Shown here one piece after another: positions 1 through 13,093 of a stretch of DNA of 64,000 bases. The notes below the pieces were generated by a model. It saw nothing but the letters and a program-made list of their open reading frames with translations. It was not told the origin of the DNA and did no database searches. Source of the DNA: Raillietiella orientalis (Eukaryota); the NCBI GenBank assembly GCA_036172245.1, contig JAYWIR010000065.1:372001-436000 (forward strand). The letters are read 5' to 3'. The translations under genes and the position numbers were made by a program. How positions within the stretch are numbered: position 1 is the first letter of the stretch; every line of letters begins with the position of its first letter.

Positions 1-3000
1 GGCTAAGCTGCCATCCGACTCTTTGGGGATTACCTAGAGAAGACCCTTGGAATCCCAACGGGTGGCCTAGGGACATTTTGAAACGCCTCTTCGTGCGTGC
101 CGCGCTGCTGCCCCTCGTGTCTCTCTCAGTTCCCTGCTGTCTTCGCGGAATGCAGAAGGCCTGGAACGCTGGAAGAAGAGGCCAGAATAAAAGGGACGTC
201 TCAAGAAGATTCCCTACCCACTGGCTGTGAATCTTCTTGAGGAACACCATGAGATGGCCCTACCTGGGCAACACCCAGAGCAATCTCGCCAGTTTCCTGG
301 ACAGGACGCAGAGGACTCCTCCATTTTCCCCCTTCTAGCGAAAAACTTTTTCGTTTTTTTTTCTTGTTTGCTTATTCTTTTTGTTTTCTATTTTCCCTTC
401 CTCTTCGCTGCCTACGTGGACCTCGCTGGTCTGCGTAGCGACCAGCTGGCTGGTACAATGCGCTTTTCATAGTGCGTGGTAGAACCACGTCTTCCACCAC
501 AAAAATGCGAATTTATTATTTTATGTAATAAATGCCAGGCAAAACCGGGTGAAAAATCAGCGAGCGTTTCACGTAAAGGATGAGCTGGAATGCTGCGAAG
601 GAGAAATCTCAGGAACCGAAGACGAACCGAATCGGCAAATCTCGAATCGGATGATGCGTATCTTTGTTCCACTATGCTTGAGGGTACGAAGCGTTTTACT
701 GAGCACGCTGAGTAGAATTTCCGTAAGCTGGAATCTGGGTTCGACATCATGCATATCAAGAGAAGATGCTTGTCGTCCCGGATGAATCTGTGAATCTGCA
801 TGGGTTTTTTTTTTGTTGGCGGGCAACACACGCAACTGGTGTGACAGTAAGAAAGGTGCAAAACAAAATGCGATCGACAGGAAACGAGGACGAAGAAACC
901 GTGGTTCACTTTCACAAATATATTAGGAAATTTAGCGAAGCAAAGCAAAAGATTAACACCACCTTAGTTCAAGTTTCGGAAGTGACGCTGGGAATGCAGT
1001 TCTCTGCCTAGGATCAGTCCGGTCAAATAGAGGAGATGAAAACTGAGGTCACGGTTTTCCTTAATATCTTCGACGATCCTTCAATTTGGGGGAGCGTGGA
1101 CCGCTCATTTGAAATTCAATTTTGGCATCCTGACATCATGTTATAAAACTGTTAGTGGCTGAAATCACGCGTCAACCGCTGAGCTCCAGAGCACAGTCAG
1201 AGGACGGAAGCTAAGTGCTGTGCAGATTAGGAAGATTCTACTGGAAAATGAGCCCGCCCGGGTGCTGCTTTTTTTTTGTTTTTTTCATATTTTGCATCAG
1301 CTGATCGCTGCTCAAAACACACGCGGTTCGTTTATTCAAACCATCGGCTTGAGCAATGCTGTGTTCCTTTCCTGGTGTTTTTATTACAGATAGCACTCTC
1401 ATCCAATCCATCCTCAGAAGCAACATGCACTCTTGCTCGGAAAATTCATGTGCGACACGTTTGCTGGTGCAATACACCCAATGGACACGTTCCGTTCTTA
1501 ACCGCATCAATGCAGTATTTCTTCCAGCCTCTAGGATTCCGCCCCATACTCTGCCGGGCCTCACGGAAGAATCAGCGAGAATATTTATTGCTGGATGTAG
1601 CTTGGATCCAGTGACATCATAATGAAGTATTGCATTTTTCAGGATGATGCTTGAGTCTTTGAAAGCACGTAGTCTTATCTGACCATACGCTCTAGTAGAG
1701 CATTGAAATTCCATACTCTTCCGTTTACAATGAGAAATGTTTGCTGTTTCCTTTTCGTGCTTGTTCAGGTGGGAACAGGCAGCAGACAACATGTACAATT
1801 GTCTCTTCAGAATGACCCTGAGTGTGTCTCTGAAATGAAAACGAAACCTGACACAGAATAGTTTTCTCTCGTGATTATCTTCACTGTACAGTATATACTC
1901 TGTACTTCACTACTGTGCTTCGCACGTCCAAACGATTGCGACCATGAGGTGCTCTGGGCCACTGGAGTTTGCAGTTCTGGAGACTACTAGATGACCTTGG
2001 TATCTGAAGCTCTTTGTAGTTAGTTATGAGTTCAAAGTGACGTCCCATGAATCAGCAGCGTCCGCCTCGAGATAAGCCTTGAAGATCAGCCGCTTGACAC
2101 GGAAGCAGATTTCGGTTTCTTTTTTCAGCCTTGCTTCCTTCCGTACAGGAAGCGTTTCCACGAGAGCCTCTAAATGTAGGATGGCTGCTTCCCCGCTTCT
2201 AACTGCAGCCTGCGGAGTAGTGCGGCTGCCCCGATAGCTTTTCATTCCGTGAAGAGGAAACAGAAATCCCAATAGTAAAGGAGAATCGTTCGGAGCTGGA
2301 GGTTCGGAGAAGAGCTGAAATCCACGGATTCCTGACGGCTAGGAAATCAAAACTGTGAAACCAGGCTCCCACAGAGATGGAAAATGGTCGGAAGGTTCAG
2401 TAGTCACATTAATCAAACGTCTCCGTGATAAATTCCAGATTTTGTAGCATTCTGAATCCATCAGTCTCTGCATCAGCCACCCGAACTCAGATGTTCCCTT
2501 TCAAGATACGCAAGCACACGGCGAACAGTGAAAAATGCTTCTAATTCAAGCAAAAATTGATTTATTGAGGATATCGTGGGAAGAACACGTTGGAAGGAAA
2601 CTCCAGAGGCTGTTTCCATGACGAGATTTCGGGTACACACTAGAGAGAGCGTGGCGGAAGGGTTTCCATGGAGTTGTGATTTATTGAAGTAATATGGAAC
2701 TGGGGAATGAGGAGCCCTGAAGAGTACAACACCATCTGAACCGCAGGTCTTTCAATTTCGCCTCCACAGATAGCCACTCGTTTTGAGAACAACAGCTCAC
2801 CGTTGCAGAATAAAGGAATAAAGACGAAGACGTAGACTTCAGCAGCAATCGTGACAGCTTATTTTACAGCCGGGGCTACGCTGTCGTTGCACCGATGGAG
2901 TTGCCATTGTAAGAGGGACAAATTTCCGCTTACAGTGGTCGCTTTCCCTTCCTTCCAAGCCCAACTCCAAAAGAGAACGAGTCGTTCTAGCTTTCTGATG

Positions 3001-3402
3001 TTAGACGGCGTCGTATCCAAGCAACTCCCTCTCGACATTGGAATAGGTTTATGGAGAACAGGGCGTAAGGGGAGGTGGCTCTCTTCAGAGTAGGCTGAAG
3101 TTCAGGAACCCAGCACGGAAAGGATGCAGGACTGCTGATGATTCTTGAGAGCCGAACTCTTCACGAGCAGGATTTTCTTGGAGTCTTTGGCTAGCAGTTC
3201 CAGGGAGGGCTTTCGCAAGCGTAGTGGCCACAAACTGCGTTTGTGGGCGCCGCGCCCCGAGAGTGGCAGGAATTTCTCTGATCTGCAACGGGAACCAATG
3301 CAAGGAAAAAGTTGGAGGCAGGGTTGGCTTGGGTTGCCGGGTTCCAGGAACAGGACCCCAAGCAGAGATACCATATAGGCTTCAGAGATTCCAATGACGT
3401 GT

Positions 3403-3518
3403 CTTACCCGCGTCGGAGGCTTTGTAGTTACGGTGGTCTCCTCTCGTGGTACCACGCACTGAAATGAATCGATGCAGTGTGTCGTGGGTTCGAGTTCCAC
3501 CCGGGAGATGACGTTGGT
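3403..3518 (+). mobile_element. 5' tRNA-like head of SINE-like family, copy 1 left part (continues at 4614)
   Basis: cttacccgcgtcggagg...gtagttacgg...gtgggttcgagttcc...gagatgacgttggt aligns with the heads at 8659, 15487 and 63651; B-box-like GGTTCGAGTTCC. Confidence 0.75.
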
Positions 3519-4613
3519 GATACGCAAGCGGTGGCAGGAGGCGAGCCCACGCATAGGTGTAGTTATGGTGGGGTGGAGGTGGCCGCCTGCCTTTCGGCAG
3601 GCGGCTCGTTGGCGGCCATGACGACGGACGGCTGCTCACACGGGAGCACGCCGTCGACAGCTATTTCCATCTGGCTGGGTTCGGGGACTCTGATCGGAGA
3701 AGAGTCGCGTGGCGCGACGCACATTGGCTCCTCCTCCGTGCCCGAGGACATGGCCTCCTCCACCTGTGGGGCGGCGACACGTCTCAGGCAACCGGCCTTC
3801 TTTCCCGCTTTTCTCTTCGGCACGGCTGCAGAAGAACAACCAGCTTCAACTTGCAATCCGATATCATAGCGATGGTTGCTGGTGCACCAGAGCTCCTTGG
3901 AAGTCACCGATCCAACGATCGCATACTATCAATGCTTGGATGCATCGAATGGTGGGTACGGAATACGCTGGCAGCACACGAGCCAGGCGACCAGAAGCAG
4001 AGACAGGCTCCTGAATCACCACGAACAGCATCGACGAGAAGTGGCAATCGGATGCGAAGAACGATGCTCCCATCCAACGAGAAAACCTCTCCGATGCGAA
4101 TGAGCAGAAAATTGGCGCCAACGGGAGTTTCCAAAGGAGACACAGCGAGTCGACGGCTGCAGTGTCCTTCTCCGCATGCGATCCTCGTTTCACGCAACCG
4201 ATGGATTCCAATAAAGGACGCTTCCCTGCAATGATGCAGGACTGAGACGAAAGAAATTTTCAGAATCCAGACGGCATGGGACCACTGCTAACATCTCAAG
4301 CCAAAGCTTGCAGTTCTGTTCTTGCAGTCCGCGCTCCATGAGGCAGATGACCACCACCTAGCGCTAATGCAGGGTGGGGCACGAAGCCAATGCGAACCCC
4401 TACATGAATTCCCATTCTCACCGCACCACCGCATGCGAAGGCTTCTGGCCGCCCTCCTCTGACCAAGGTGCACCAACTAGTAGTTAGCGAGGTTAGCGAA
4501 GTTCACTCGAGTTCTGCCGTTGCAAGAAGCATCTGCAAATGCATGCCTCTCAATCGAAGGTAACCAACCATTCCAAAGTGCTTTCCTCACTATCCCGGTT
4601 TTCCCTGTTGCAA
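3519..4613 (-). mobile_element. Nested insert in the SINE-like copy, probably a decayed retroelement ORF1/gag-like fragment
   Basis: Interrupts the repeat with ggt at both junctions (3516-3518, 4614-4616); minus-strand Cys/His fragments (WCGENGNSCRGSH, ACGEGHCS, CLCFWSPGSC) followed by a low-complexity K/E/S/P tract. Confidence 0.4.
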
Positions 4614-5340
4614 GGTTAGCCAACAAACATTCGGGTGCGACACCGGTAGCGGTTCAAACCAGATGAAGCCGAAACAATGGGAGTCGACCTTCGGGTCCAT
4701 CCAGAAATCAAGGAGTGGGGGGGACCCCTCCGGTTCGTTCAGATGTAGTAGGTACGTAGTCACCTCCTCAGATGCTAAAGGAGCGAACCTCCCATTCCGG
4801 GAAGAGCCTCCAAGTGGTACTGATGAAGTTGGCTTGTAGCCACCTCTCCAGAGAGTGCAGAGAAGCGAGTCGATCGGGAAGCAGAGTCCTTCTGAGTTTC
4901 GGAAGGATCCCTTCGAGGTAATTTTCAGAGGAGCAAACAAGGAATGGATCCCTTGCAGAAGATCCCTCCGGAGAAGAAATTCCAGGAACGGATCCTTTCC
5001 TGGCTCCCTTCAGAGAATAAAAAATGGAACCGATCCCCACGGAGGTCTCTTCGGAGAAAATGAGGAAAGAGATTCCCTTCAGGGTTCCCCTTCGGACATA
5101 ACCAGGATGGAGGTGATCTCCATTTCCGGGGATCCCTCCCAGGCGTGAGAGGAGCGGATTCCAAGCCCTCCCTGGATTCATAGGGCTGATCCTTCCTAGA
5201 GCACTCACTATCTTGAAGAATTACTCGCACCCTCGGGTGGTGTGGAACAGTGTTAAAGAGCTCTGTGAGCCGCGAGGCACGCGACGGTTCTCGAGCTACT
5301 CTGCGGACCAAAAAAAAAGAAAACCCGAAAAAAAAAAAAA
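4614..5340 (+). mobile_element. SINE-like family, copy 1 right part with A-rich tail
   Basis: Colinear with 8790-9390, 15620-16295 and 24905-25635 (cctctccagag, ttctgagtttcggaag, cctggattcataggg, gaagaattac); ends ctctgcggacc + A-rich run at 5310-5340. Confidence 0.85.
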
Positions 5341-8300
5341 TAGAGTGGAAGAAAAACAGCGAAGACAGAAAAAGAACCCAAAGGATTTCCATCATGGCTT
5401 GCATCAGTGACTGCCTCCCACCTGCGTTCTCATCGGAAGGGAAGCAGATGCAACGATTCGTCCTCGCTCTTCAAATCGAGTAGTGACTGCGGAAAAAGGG
5501 ATGGGAGATTCCCATTAATTCCTGCACTTCTCAGCATAAGGCTGCTTGCCTTATATGGGAGTGCAGCTTATAGCCATGGGCTACGTAACCGCTATGCGTT
5601 CTGAAAAGAGAGGACGTGGCATCCCTGCTTGTGGCGGAGGCACAAAGGGTGCTGCAACGGTGGCTTCAGCTTCTCCCCACGCTAGAGGTGACATCAGTCA
5701 GAGTACCCATGGACGAAGGACGACCTCACTTGCTGACCTAAAGGGTGGTGGAGAAAAAGGTCATGAAACTTCACTCACAGGAAAGAGGGAGGAGGAACTC
5801 CATGACGGCTGGGGAATACATACCTGCAAGATTGGAAGAGAGTAATTGAAGAAGCCGTAAAGCTAGCTCTCAACGAACACTTGGGATCACTCTCAAGAGT
5901 TTTCCAAGACTCCATTTGGAAGCATTCCAGGAAGTCCAGAGAGAAAGATTGACTGCAAACAAAGATGGTAGGTGGAAGATTTGCACCTTGTTCTTCTGCT
6001 CATGATTGTCGTTGAAGCAGCGTCTCAAGAAGTGAAAAACTCTTGTGATATTTCGAAATCCTCCTTTCGAGCGCTTTTCTGTCGCTTCTTTTCCTCTTCT
6101 TTTTTTCCTTTATGAAATGGTTTCATCGTGACAATCAGGATCACCTGTATCCTATTTCAAACCATAGCAAGGAGCACTATTGAGACAGTGACTGTGCCAT
6201 TTTTTTTTCTTTTTCTGGAGTAACGAGATTTCACAGCGGAAGATTTAATTATGGCAATTTCTTGAAAGATGACAGCTTCCAGCAGTTTCATTAGCTTAAG
6301 CAGATAAGCAAGCTTAGCTGAAGTCTCAGGGTGGAGGAAACTTCGTTCCCGCTTATGACTCCCGTGTGGCTTCATCGATCAACCACCGCCAACTGGGAAC
6401 AGGAAACACGATTTTTTCCGAGTGAAAAGGGAAGCTCAGCGGTCACAAGAGCAGCACGGATGCTGCTGACAGAGGAAGGAAAGAGGAAGGAAGGAAGCAA
6501 CTAGTTCACCTTAAAGCGTACGAATGGGCATGGCGTCACGACGCTGCTTTCATGAAAACGGAACTGCTATGCACTCAGCCGAGAGCATGCCCTCCCTGTC
6601 ACACGTTCACATGTCCACAAGAAATCGCAAGACGCATCACACTCGTGAGGTTGCCACTTTGCCAGCTGGGGAGTTCCCGCCGACGGAGCTTGCGTGCGCC
6701 GCTGTCGTGAGCCGGCGAAGGACGAGGGCAGCTGCCCCAACGACTGCAGATCCTGTGCTCTTTACCCTCGTGAGCTGCTCTTTCGCACTGAGCTACTCCC
6801 AGGGCGCTCCCGCTCGGAGAGCTGAGCTGCTGCCGCGGGTGGGCAGAAACGCCATCACGGGGAACTTGGCAAGGAGACGGTGGAGTGCTGGGCTGGGGCA
6901 CCTTTTGCCGACTGGCAGGACTGGGGATCGGGAGACGCTGATGACACCGCCCTCTGCTGCTATGTCGACAAGCTGCAGTGGCTAAGCATGCCTCGCAAAA
7001 ACGAGTAAAGACGGAATGGGAAAAATCACGTGATGAAGAAAAAGGTCTAGATTTGGCGCGATTCCTGGGAACCAGAGTCCTTGCGACTACTGGACACCAG
7101 GCCCGAACGATGCTGAGTTGCAGGCTCCAGCCTGGTGGGCCTGGTGGCCTAAAGCCCTGCGAGATACCCAAGGAATTTTCGGAAGCTTGATGACTGGTGA
7201 AGGTGATTGCCTGCAACATCGAAGACAAATGAATCCAAAAGTAGAAGCAATCTTCAGAGGTAGATGTAAGAAGCAGGGGATGGGATCTGCTCCAGACTGA
7301 ATTCCAGAGTACCCAACCAAAGATCGGCTGGAGAACCAGAAAAAAAGAAATTTCTTTATTTTATGGCAGATTCATAGACCGAAAATTAAAGTTTGGGTTT
7401 CATAAGGAAAAACAACAGAAGAGAGTGTAGCAGAAAGTGGACTCTCTTGTGATGGAGAGGGAACGCACGAAAAACCCACGCTCCAGACCTCATTACAGTC
7501 GCGACACGACGACATTGGGTGGCGCTGGCGCCATTTCCAGCGGACTCTTTCCTCAGGAGGGAGGAGGAGAGAAAACATGATTAAAAGATGTCCAAAGGAG
7601 CAGTCGCATGGATCAACTCATTGGACAAGCAGCCACTAAGATGCTCTTGGTAACACCCAAAGTGCGTCCATACGTACAACCAGTCGTAATATGTGGATCC
7701 TCTAGACTTCCAGAGACAGTGCAGTGGCACGCCTCTTGCATATGCTGTCACCACCTCAAACAACTCTTTATGGTGCTCTATTCAGTACTCCGGATAGTCC
7801 CGTTGACGCTCAAAATGGCATCGGTTGTTTATATACAAGGAAGACTCTAACACAGACCAGCTTACCTTTTCAGCTGTTACCAAGGAGAATGGTAACCAGT
7901 TATACAGCGTTCTTCTTCGCAAGTTGGCATGGAAATGGTTGTCTCTTGGGGATGTCTTCCGGGCTTAGAAAGTGAGATTTCGTGGCACACGGTTCCAACA
8001 GAAGAGAGTATCACTGTATCTGATTCTGATCATTGTCACTCTTACTACTGCGGAACTCAGATTCCGTGGCAACGAGTTGCCGCAGGTGCTCAGAATGACC
8101 AATGTTAATCTGCCGTGTTCCGGCACGTTACAGAACTTATCCGAGGTGTTTGTTTGCGGATCGATCCCCCTGGTCATTCACACCGAAGCGAATGATGGAT
8201 GAGAATTCAGTCTGCAACGACCAATATCTATTGGACTCTTCTGTTAATCAGTGGTTTTACAAGATAAAGGATTTTGGAAGAGAATTCCCACAAGGATGCA

Positions 8301-8658
8301 AAACGTTCGGAGATGCCGTCTTTGCAGACGATGTGCGCAACACCACCGTCGAGCGCAGATTCGTGTAAGGAGATGAACAAATGGCAACACTTCTCCCATA
8401 ATGCGGTAAGTCAGTCCCGTCAGCGCTGTGGATAAATTTTAATTTTGTGGTGCAGTGTCACACGGGGTGTTTTTAAAAACGCAGACAGGTGATCCAAGTA
8501 GGTCGAGTTCCTTTTCATTTAAATTTTTTGAAATAAAATTGCCCAGGAAGACTTTTCACAACGAGACTAGAAGAGCTTAATCCGTGGAATTATTTAAATT
8601 GATTACAGGTCCACAACACTCTAAAGGCTTTTCTGTTTTACCTTAGGTTAAGGTCACT

Positions 8659-9405
8659 TTAGCCCGCGTCGGGGGCTTTGTGGTTAAGGCTTCCGGGCGT
8701 GGCACCACGCGTCACGGGTTCGAATTCTCCGGCAGAAACTGACGCCACTGTGTCGTTGGGTTCCGAGTTTCTCCTGCAACGGCGCTGGTTGGCCGAGACA
8801 TTCGGGCGTGGCACCGGTGGTGCGGAGGTCCAGGAATCAAGGAGTAGGGAGTTTTCCCCTCCTGTCGTGCAACGGAGAGCGTACCCCCCACACCAGGGGG
8901 ATCCTTTCGGTTTCAAGATGGAGCAGGAGTCTTCACAGGCACCTCTCCAGTTGTTCAAAGGAGCGGAACCCCTCTGTTGGGGGAAGGACCCTCCGTGTCA
9001 CCGCCTCTCCAGAAGAGTGTAAGGGAGCAAGCAAGAGCGATCCCTCTGTGGGAAGCTGCAGCGCCCCTTCTGAATTTCGGAAGCGTACCTTCGGGGTTCT
9101 CTTCAGAGGAATGAACAGGAGCGGTTCCCTTGCGGGTTCCCTCCGGAGAAGATGAAATGGAGAGGACCACCCCCCTTCCAGGGGGTCCCTTTGGACAGAA
9201 TGAGGAGGGAGGATTCCCTTCTGGGTCTCCGACGGAGACAATCAGGATGGGCAGGAGGTGCCATCCCCCTCCCCAAGGGTGAGAGGAACGGACTCCGAGC
9301 CTTCCTGGATTCATAGGGCGGAACCACTCTTCCAGGATGCCCTCTATCTTGAAGAATAACATGCACCCTCCGCGGGTGGCGTGGAACTGATGAAAGCAAA
9401 AAAAA
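8659..9405 (+). mobile_element. SINE-like family, copy 2 (head intact, 3' end shortened)
   Basis: Starts ttagcccgcgtcgg as at 63651; tRNA-like gtggttaaggc and gggttcgaattctcc; body aligns to the other copies. Confidence 0.85.
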
Positions 9406-10449
9406 TTGCTTTTTATTTTTGCTTTCAAGAGAAATATTGAACATTCCACAGTTTGATTTTCTGCCTTTTACAAATACCCATCTATCATATTATTCATAGG
9501 GCTCGTATGAGATGGATTCGTATAGCGCGGAACGTACTATACGAATTCATCCCCGCGTTATAGGGGACCGGGTATGGTTTGGAGCTGCTAGCATTCGGTT
9601 TGGATTTAAAAACGCATTTCGTTCTATCAGATGTGAAGCAGACTATGAAAAGAGACGGGACGCTCACAAACATGTTGCGTCACGCGTTGCTAAGCTTCAA
9701 CGAGGCTCCGGGATTTATCCTTGAGTCATGAACGTGAGTGGATCATGTACACTAGATTCCAGAACATCGTAAAAATAAGTACAGAGCTCCATGCATCAGC
9801 AGTAGAATTCTATGAAAAAATGGAACGGCAGGAATGTTTAATCCTGTTTACATCGGGTTCATCAGACTAGGCATTCACGTCCAGATTTTTTTAAACATTT
9901 CAGAATACGAAAGCCAAAAGAAAAAGAAAAATGAGCTCACATGGGGAATTTATGGGACAGAATTCCTGATGAGAATCCTTTGAGTCTAGTCAAAGAGTCA
10001 AAGCACTCGTTTCAGCAGACTCGCATGGCATCCGCCTGTTACTCTTTTGCTTCGCAGTTTAACTAAGCATCCGTCATTAAGGGATGGTTGTATGTGCTCA
10101 GAGAAGTCCTCGTGTTCAGCCTGAAATGAAGACTGCTTTCAGTTTTATCATGAGCTAGAAAAATGCTCAAGTATTTTCCCAGTCAAAATGACCGAAAAGG
10201 GTCGCTGGGATGGAAACAGCTTCGGTCGTCATGTGCAAACTGAAAGCACCTCAGAGCAACTCTTTTTTCCATGATGAAGAATGGTCCTTGCTAGCGTGGG
10301 TGCATCCTCGTGTTTGATGTAAACTGTTGCCTGCAAAAAAAATTTCGCATTGCAATTTGATATGAAATTTCGCATTTCATCCTTATTTCCCCATCTCCTG
10401 TGAAGCGTTGGCAGAGCAGAAACTCAAAATGGAATGCTGATGGAAGATA

Positions 10450-11200
10450 TCCGTCTTTCCTTCATTATTCTCTCGATCAGCTGTAACTTACCGGAATACT
10501 TCAGAGGTTATGTTTCACATAAACACGCAGAATCCGTTGAGAACCAATTTGTTGGACTCCTTTTCATCGAAGATCTTTCAATTGTTTTTTTTTTTGTTTT
10601 TTTTTCCACATGTACGAATCTTTGAACGATTACCTTCATCTACCATAAATCAAAAGGTTTTGAAAATCCAGCTGTTGACGAAAGATCAGAATTCCATGCA
10701 TCTCCAGCTGCAAGAAGATTCTTTTCTTGAAGGATTCTCCCTCGAACTGCTTTGTTTCTTCAATAAACAGTCAATAAAAATTTCTTGTCATGCTCGTTTA
10801 CGGTCAATCGAATCGGTACCGAATATTCTCTCCATCCTACAGCCTTCCCTCCGGCATACGAATTTCTTCTGCGCCGTTCACCAGCTGCTCTTGATAGTTA
10901 ACACTTTCCACGTATGTGAAGCAGTGTGAGAACACGTAATTTGGTCTGATTCCCAACTACGTAGCCGAGCAGTCACAGATTACCGCTTCCTCAGCAGCAT
11001 TCTGCATGAACAGATGATGAACTCACAGACGCTTCACCATGACGACGGAGACAAAGGCATCAGTCGCTCCGTGGCTTCTAAAGCACAAAGACGGAGGGTC
11101 GTCTTGGAGGAGTTTGCGTGCCAATGTGGTGGGGCTGAGCGCATCTTCCTGAACCGGCTCTTGGAATTTCAAAGATTCCGCGTCATTGCAGACGAGTAAA
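10450..11200 (-). pseudogene. Possible HEPN(DZIP3-like)-domain gene remnant
   Basis: Minus-strand translation RKLLQDDPPSLCF...LGIRPNYVFSH loosely resembles the other HEPN-like remnants; multiple stops. Confidence 0.2.
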
Positions 11201-12485
11201 CTGTGGATTGCGCAGCGCGAACTGAATTGCTCCTCGAACTTATTTCCTTTTCATTGCTTCTGTTAAACGCGTGGCTGAAAACAGCGATGGAGATGGAAAA
11301 AAATCGAGATTTTCCTGTTGGGCATTGCGTTTGCTTGTCGAAGGAGTTTCCCGTCTTATTGTGGAAATTCTCCGCCTAGGTCGTGGTTACTGCAGCATCG
11401 TTTCTCTGCTGGAACGTGGAAGCCATCCATTTCTTGAGGGGGGAGAGTGAGGTTTGCAGCATCGGTGACCATGTTGCGAGGCAACCATCACGACGCACCG
11501 AACCATTTTAATTCTTCTGCACCATTAATGCCATGTAATGATAAATTTGTGTTCCTTCATCCTCTCCCGTGACTTCACGATCGAACTGTGCTTTCTTAAG
11601 CAGCACGCATGTACCATACGCTCGCATGGTCTCGAGGCAGGAGGATTCTAACATTCTAACATTCTCGATGGATAAACGGAAAATTTTAGCGTCAACTGAA
11701 GTCTGCAAATCCACCATTCATTTTCGGCTTCAGAGCTTTGGGGCTCCAAACGCTGTAGAGGAACGCCAGTGCTCCTCTGCTTCTCTTCTGCATTATGCGA
11801 AATTCCTTCCTGCGAAAAGCCAAATGAGAACAAATGCTGCTGGTGTTCAAATCCGCCTTGCATCTTGTCAAGACAAACACGATTGCCAGTCTTCGTATTA
11901 GGCTAATAGCTCTGGATACTTCGCGGCGCTTGTTTTCAATTTTCCTGCAACTTCTGTGAGGTTAATCTCGAAATACCTTTCGCCATCATCTTCAGACTTC
12001 AAAGAGCCGGAATGATGATGTTCTTTGATGATGGGAGATTATGTCGAAAATGAAGCAGATATTCTGCTTACCGAGAAACAAGCTAAGATTACGATCGAGG
12101 TAGCGAATCTTCCGATCTCAGCAGAAGAGGAAAAAAACCTCACTAAGAACAGTAAGCACAACGAAGATCTGCGTCTTCTTCGTGAGACATTAGGTTTCTG
12201 GAAATTGAATGCGGCTACTGCTATCTGGAGCACGCTCCAAGCGCCAGATGTCAGGCTTAAATGTTTCCATGTGAACTGCTGGAACCCGTACGTATGTTCG
12301 TATGTGAGTATGTGCATATGCGCATTATATAATAATCGAGGATTCATACAATGCTAGGAAGAAGGTAACTCGGAGAGGAAGGGATTTCTGAGAACCTGAA
12401 AGAGTAGATAATGATTATACGAGGCGCATCTTAAAAGTAAGGGCCGATCGGATACAAAGAGCAAATAAAAGAAAAAATATATATA

Positions 12486-13093
12486 TTAGCACTTCTAAAC
12501 ACATGCATCCCCATGTGATTTTTCTACGTAGTCACCATGGTTTTCCAAACGCTTTTCTGATACGGTGGAACAAGCTTTTTGAGACCCTCTGCATAAAATT
12601 CCGCCACCTGGGAAAAGGACACCGCCAGCGCGTTGCCATGAAAAAGGAGGACAATTCGTGATCTCAGCATTCCATGTCGTTGGTTCTGAATGACACATCG
12701 CGGTTTTCAAGGTGTTCCACAGTAGTCCTGCGAAGTGATGGTCGTTCCAGGCACCATAAAGTCCACCAACAGCACACCCTTTTGGTCTCATACACTGCTG
12801 TGCGCACATTCCAGGCAATTCAGAATTCAAATGAGAGCTTTTTGACCTTACAGTCCTGACCTCGCCTCCATTGACCACCACGTCTCCTCCACCTGAAGGA
12901 GTGGCTCAACGATTCGAGGGGGGAAAGTGAGGAGTTGGAACCTCAGTGCTGCTGAACTGGCTGAACTCCCATGCGGCGGAATTTTATGCAGAGGGTCTCA
13001 AAAAGCTTGTTCCACCGTATCAGAAAAGCGTTTGAAAAACCATGGTGACTACTAGAAAAATCACATGGGAATGCATGTGTTTAGAACCGCTAA
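12486..13093. mobile_element. MITE (non-autonomous DNA transposon) with ~120-bp TIRs and probable TA TSD
   Basis: 12486-12605 (ttagcacttctaaacacatgcat...cataaaattccgcc) is the near-perfect reverse complement of 12975-13093 (ggcggaattttatgcag...gtttagaaccgctaa); TA on both flanks; no transposase inside. Confidence 0.9.

Noticed and set aside
1..400. Possible 3' end of another L1/Tx1 element
   Set aside because: Only vague similarity (LWGLP, T-rich tail); no diagnostic motif inside the window
8659..8740. tRNA gene
   Set aside because: No complete cloverleaf; the motif is the head of a dispersed repeat
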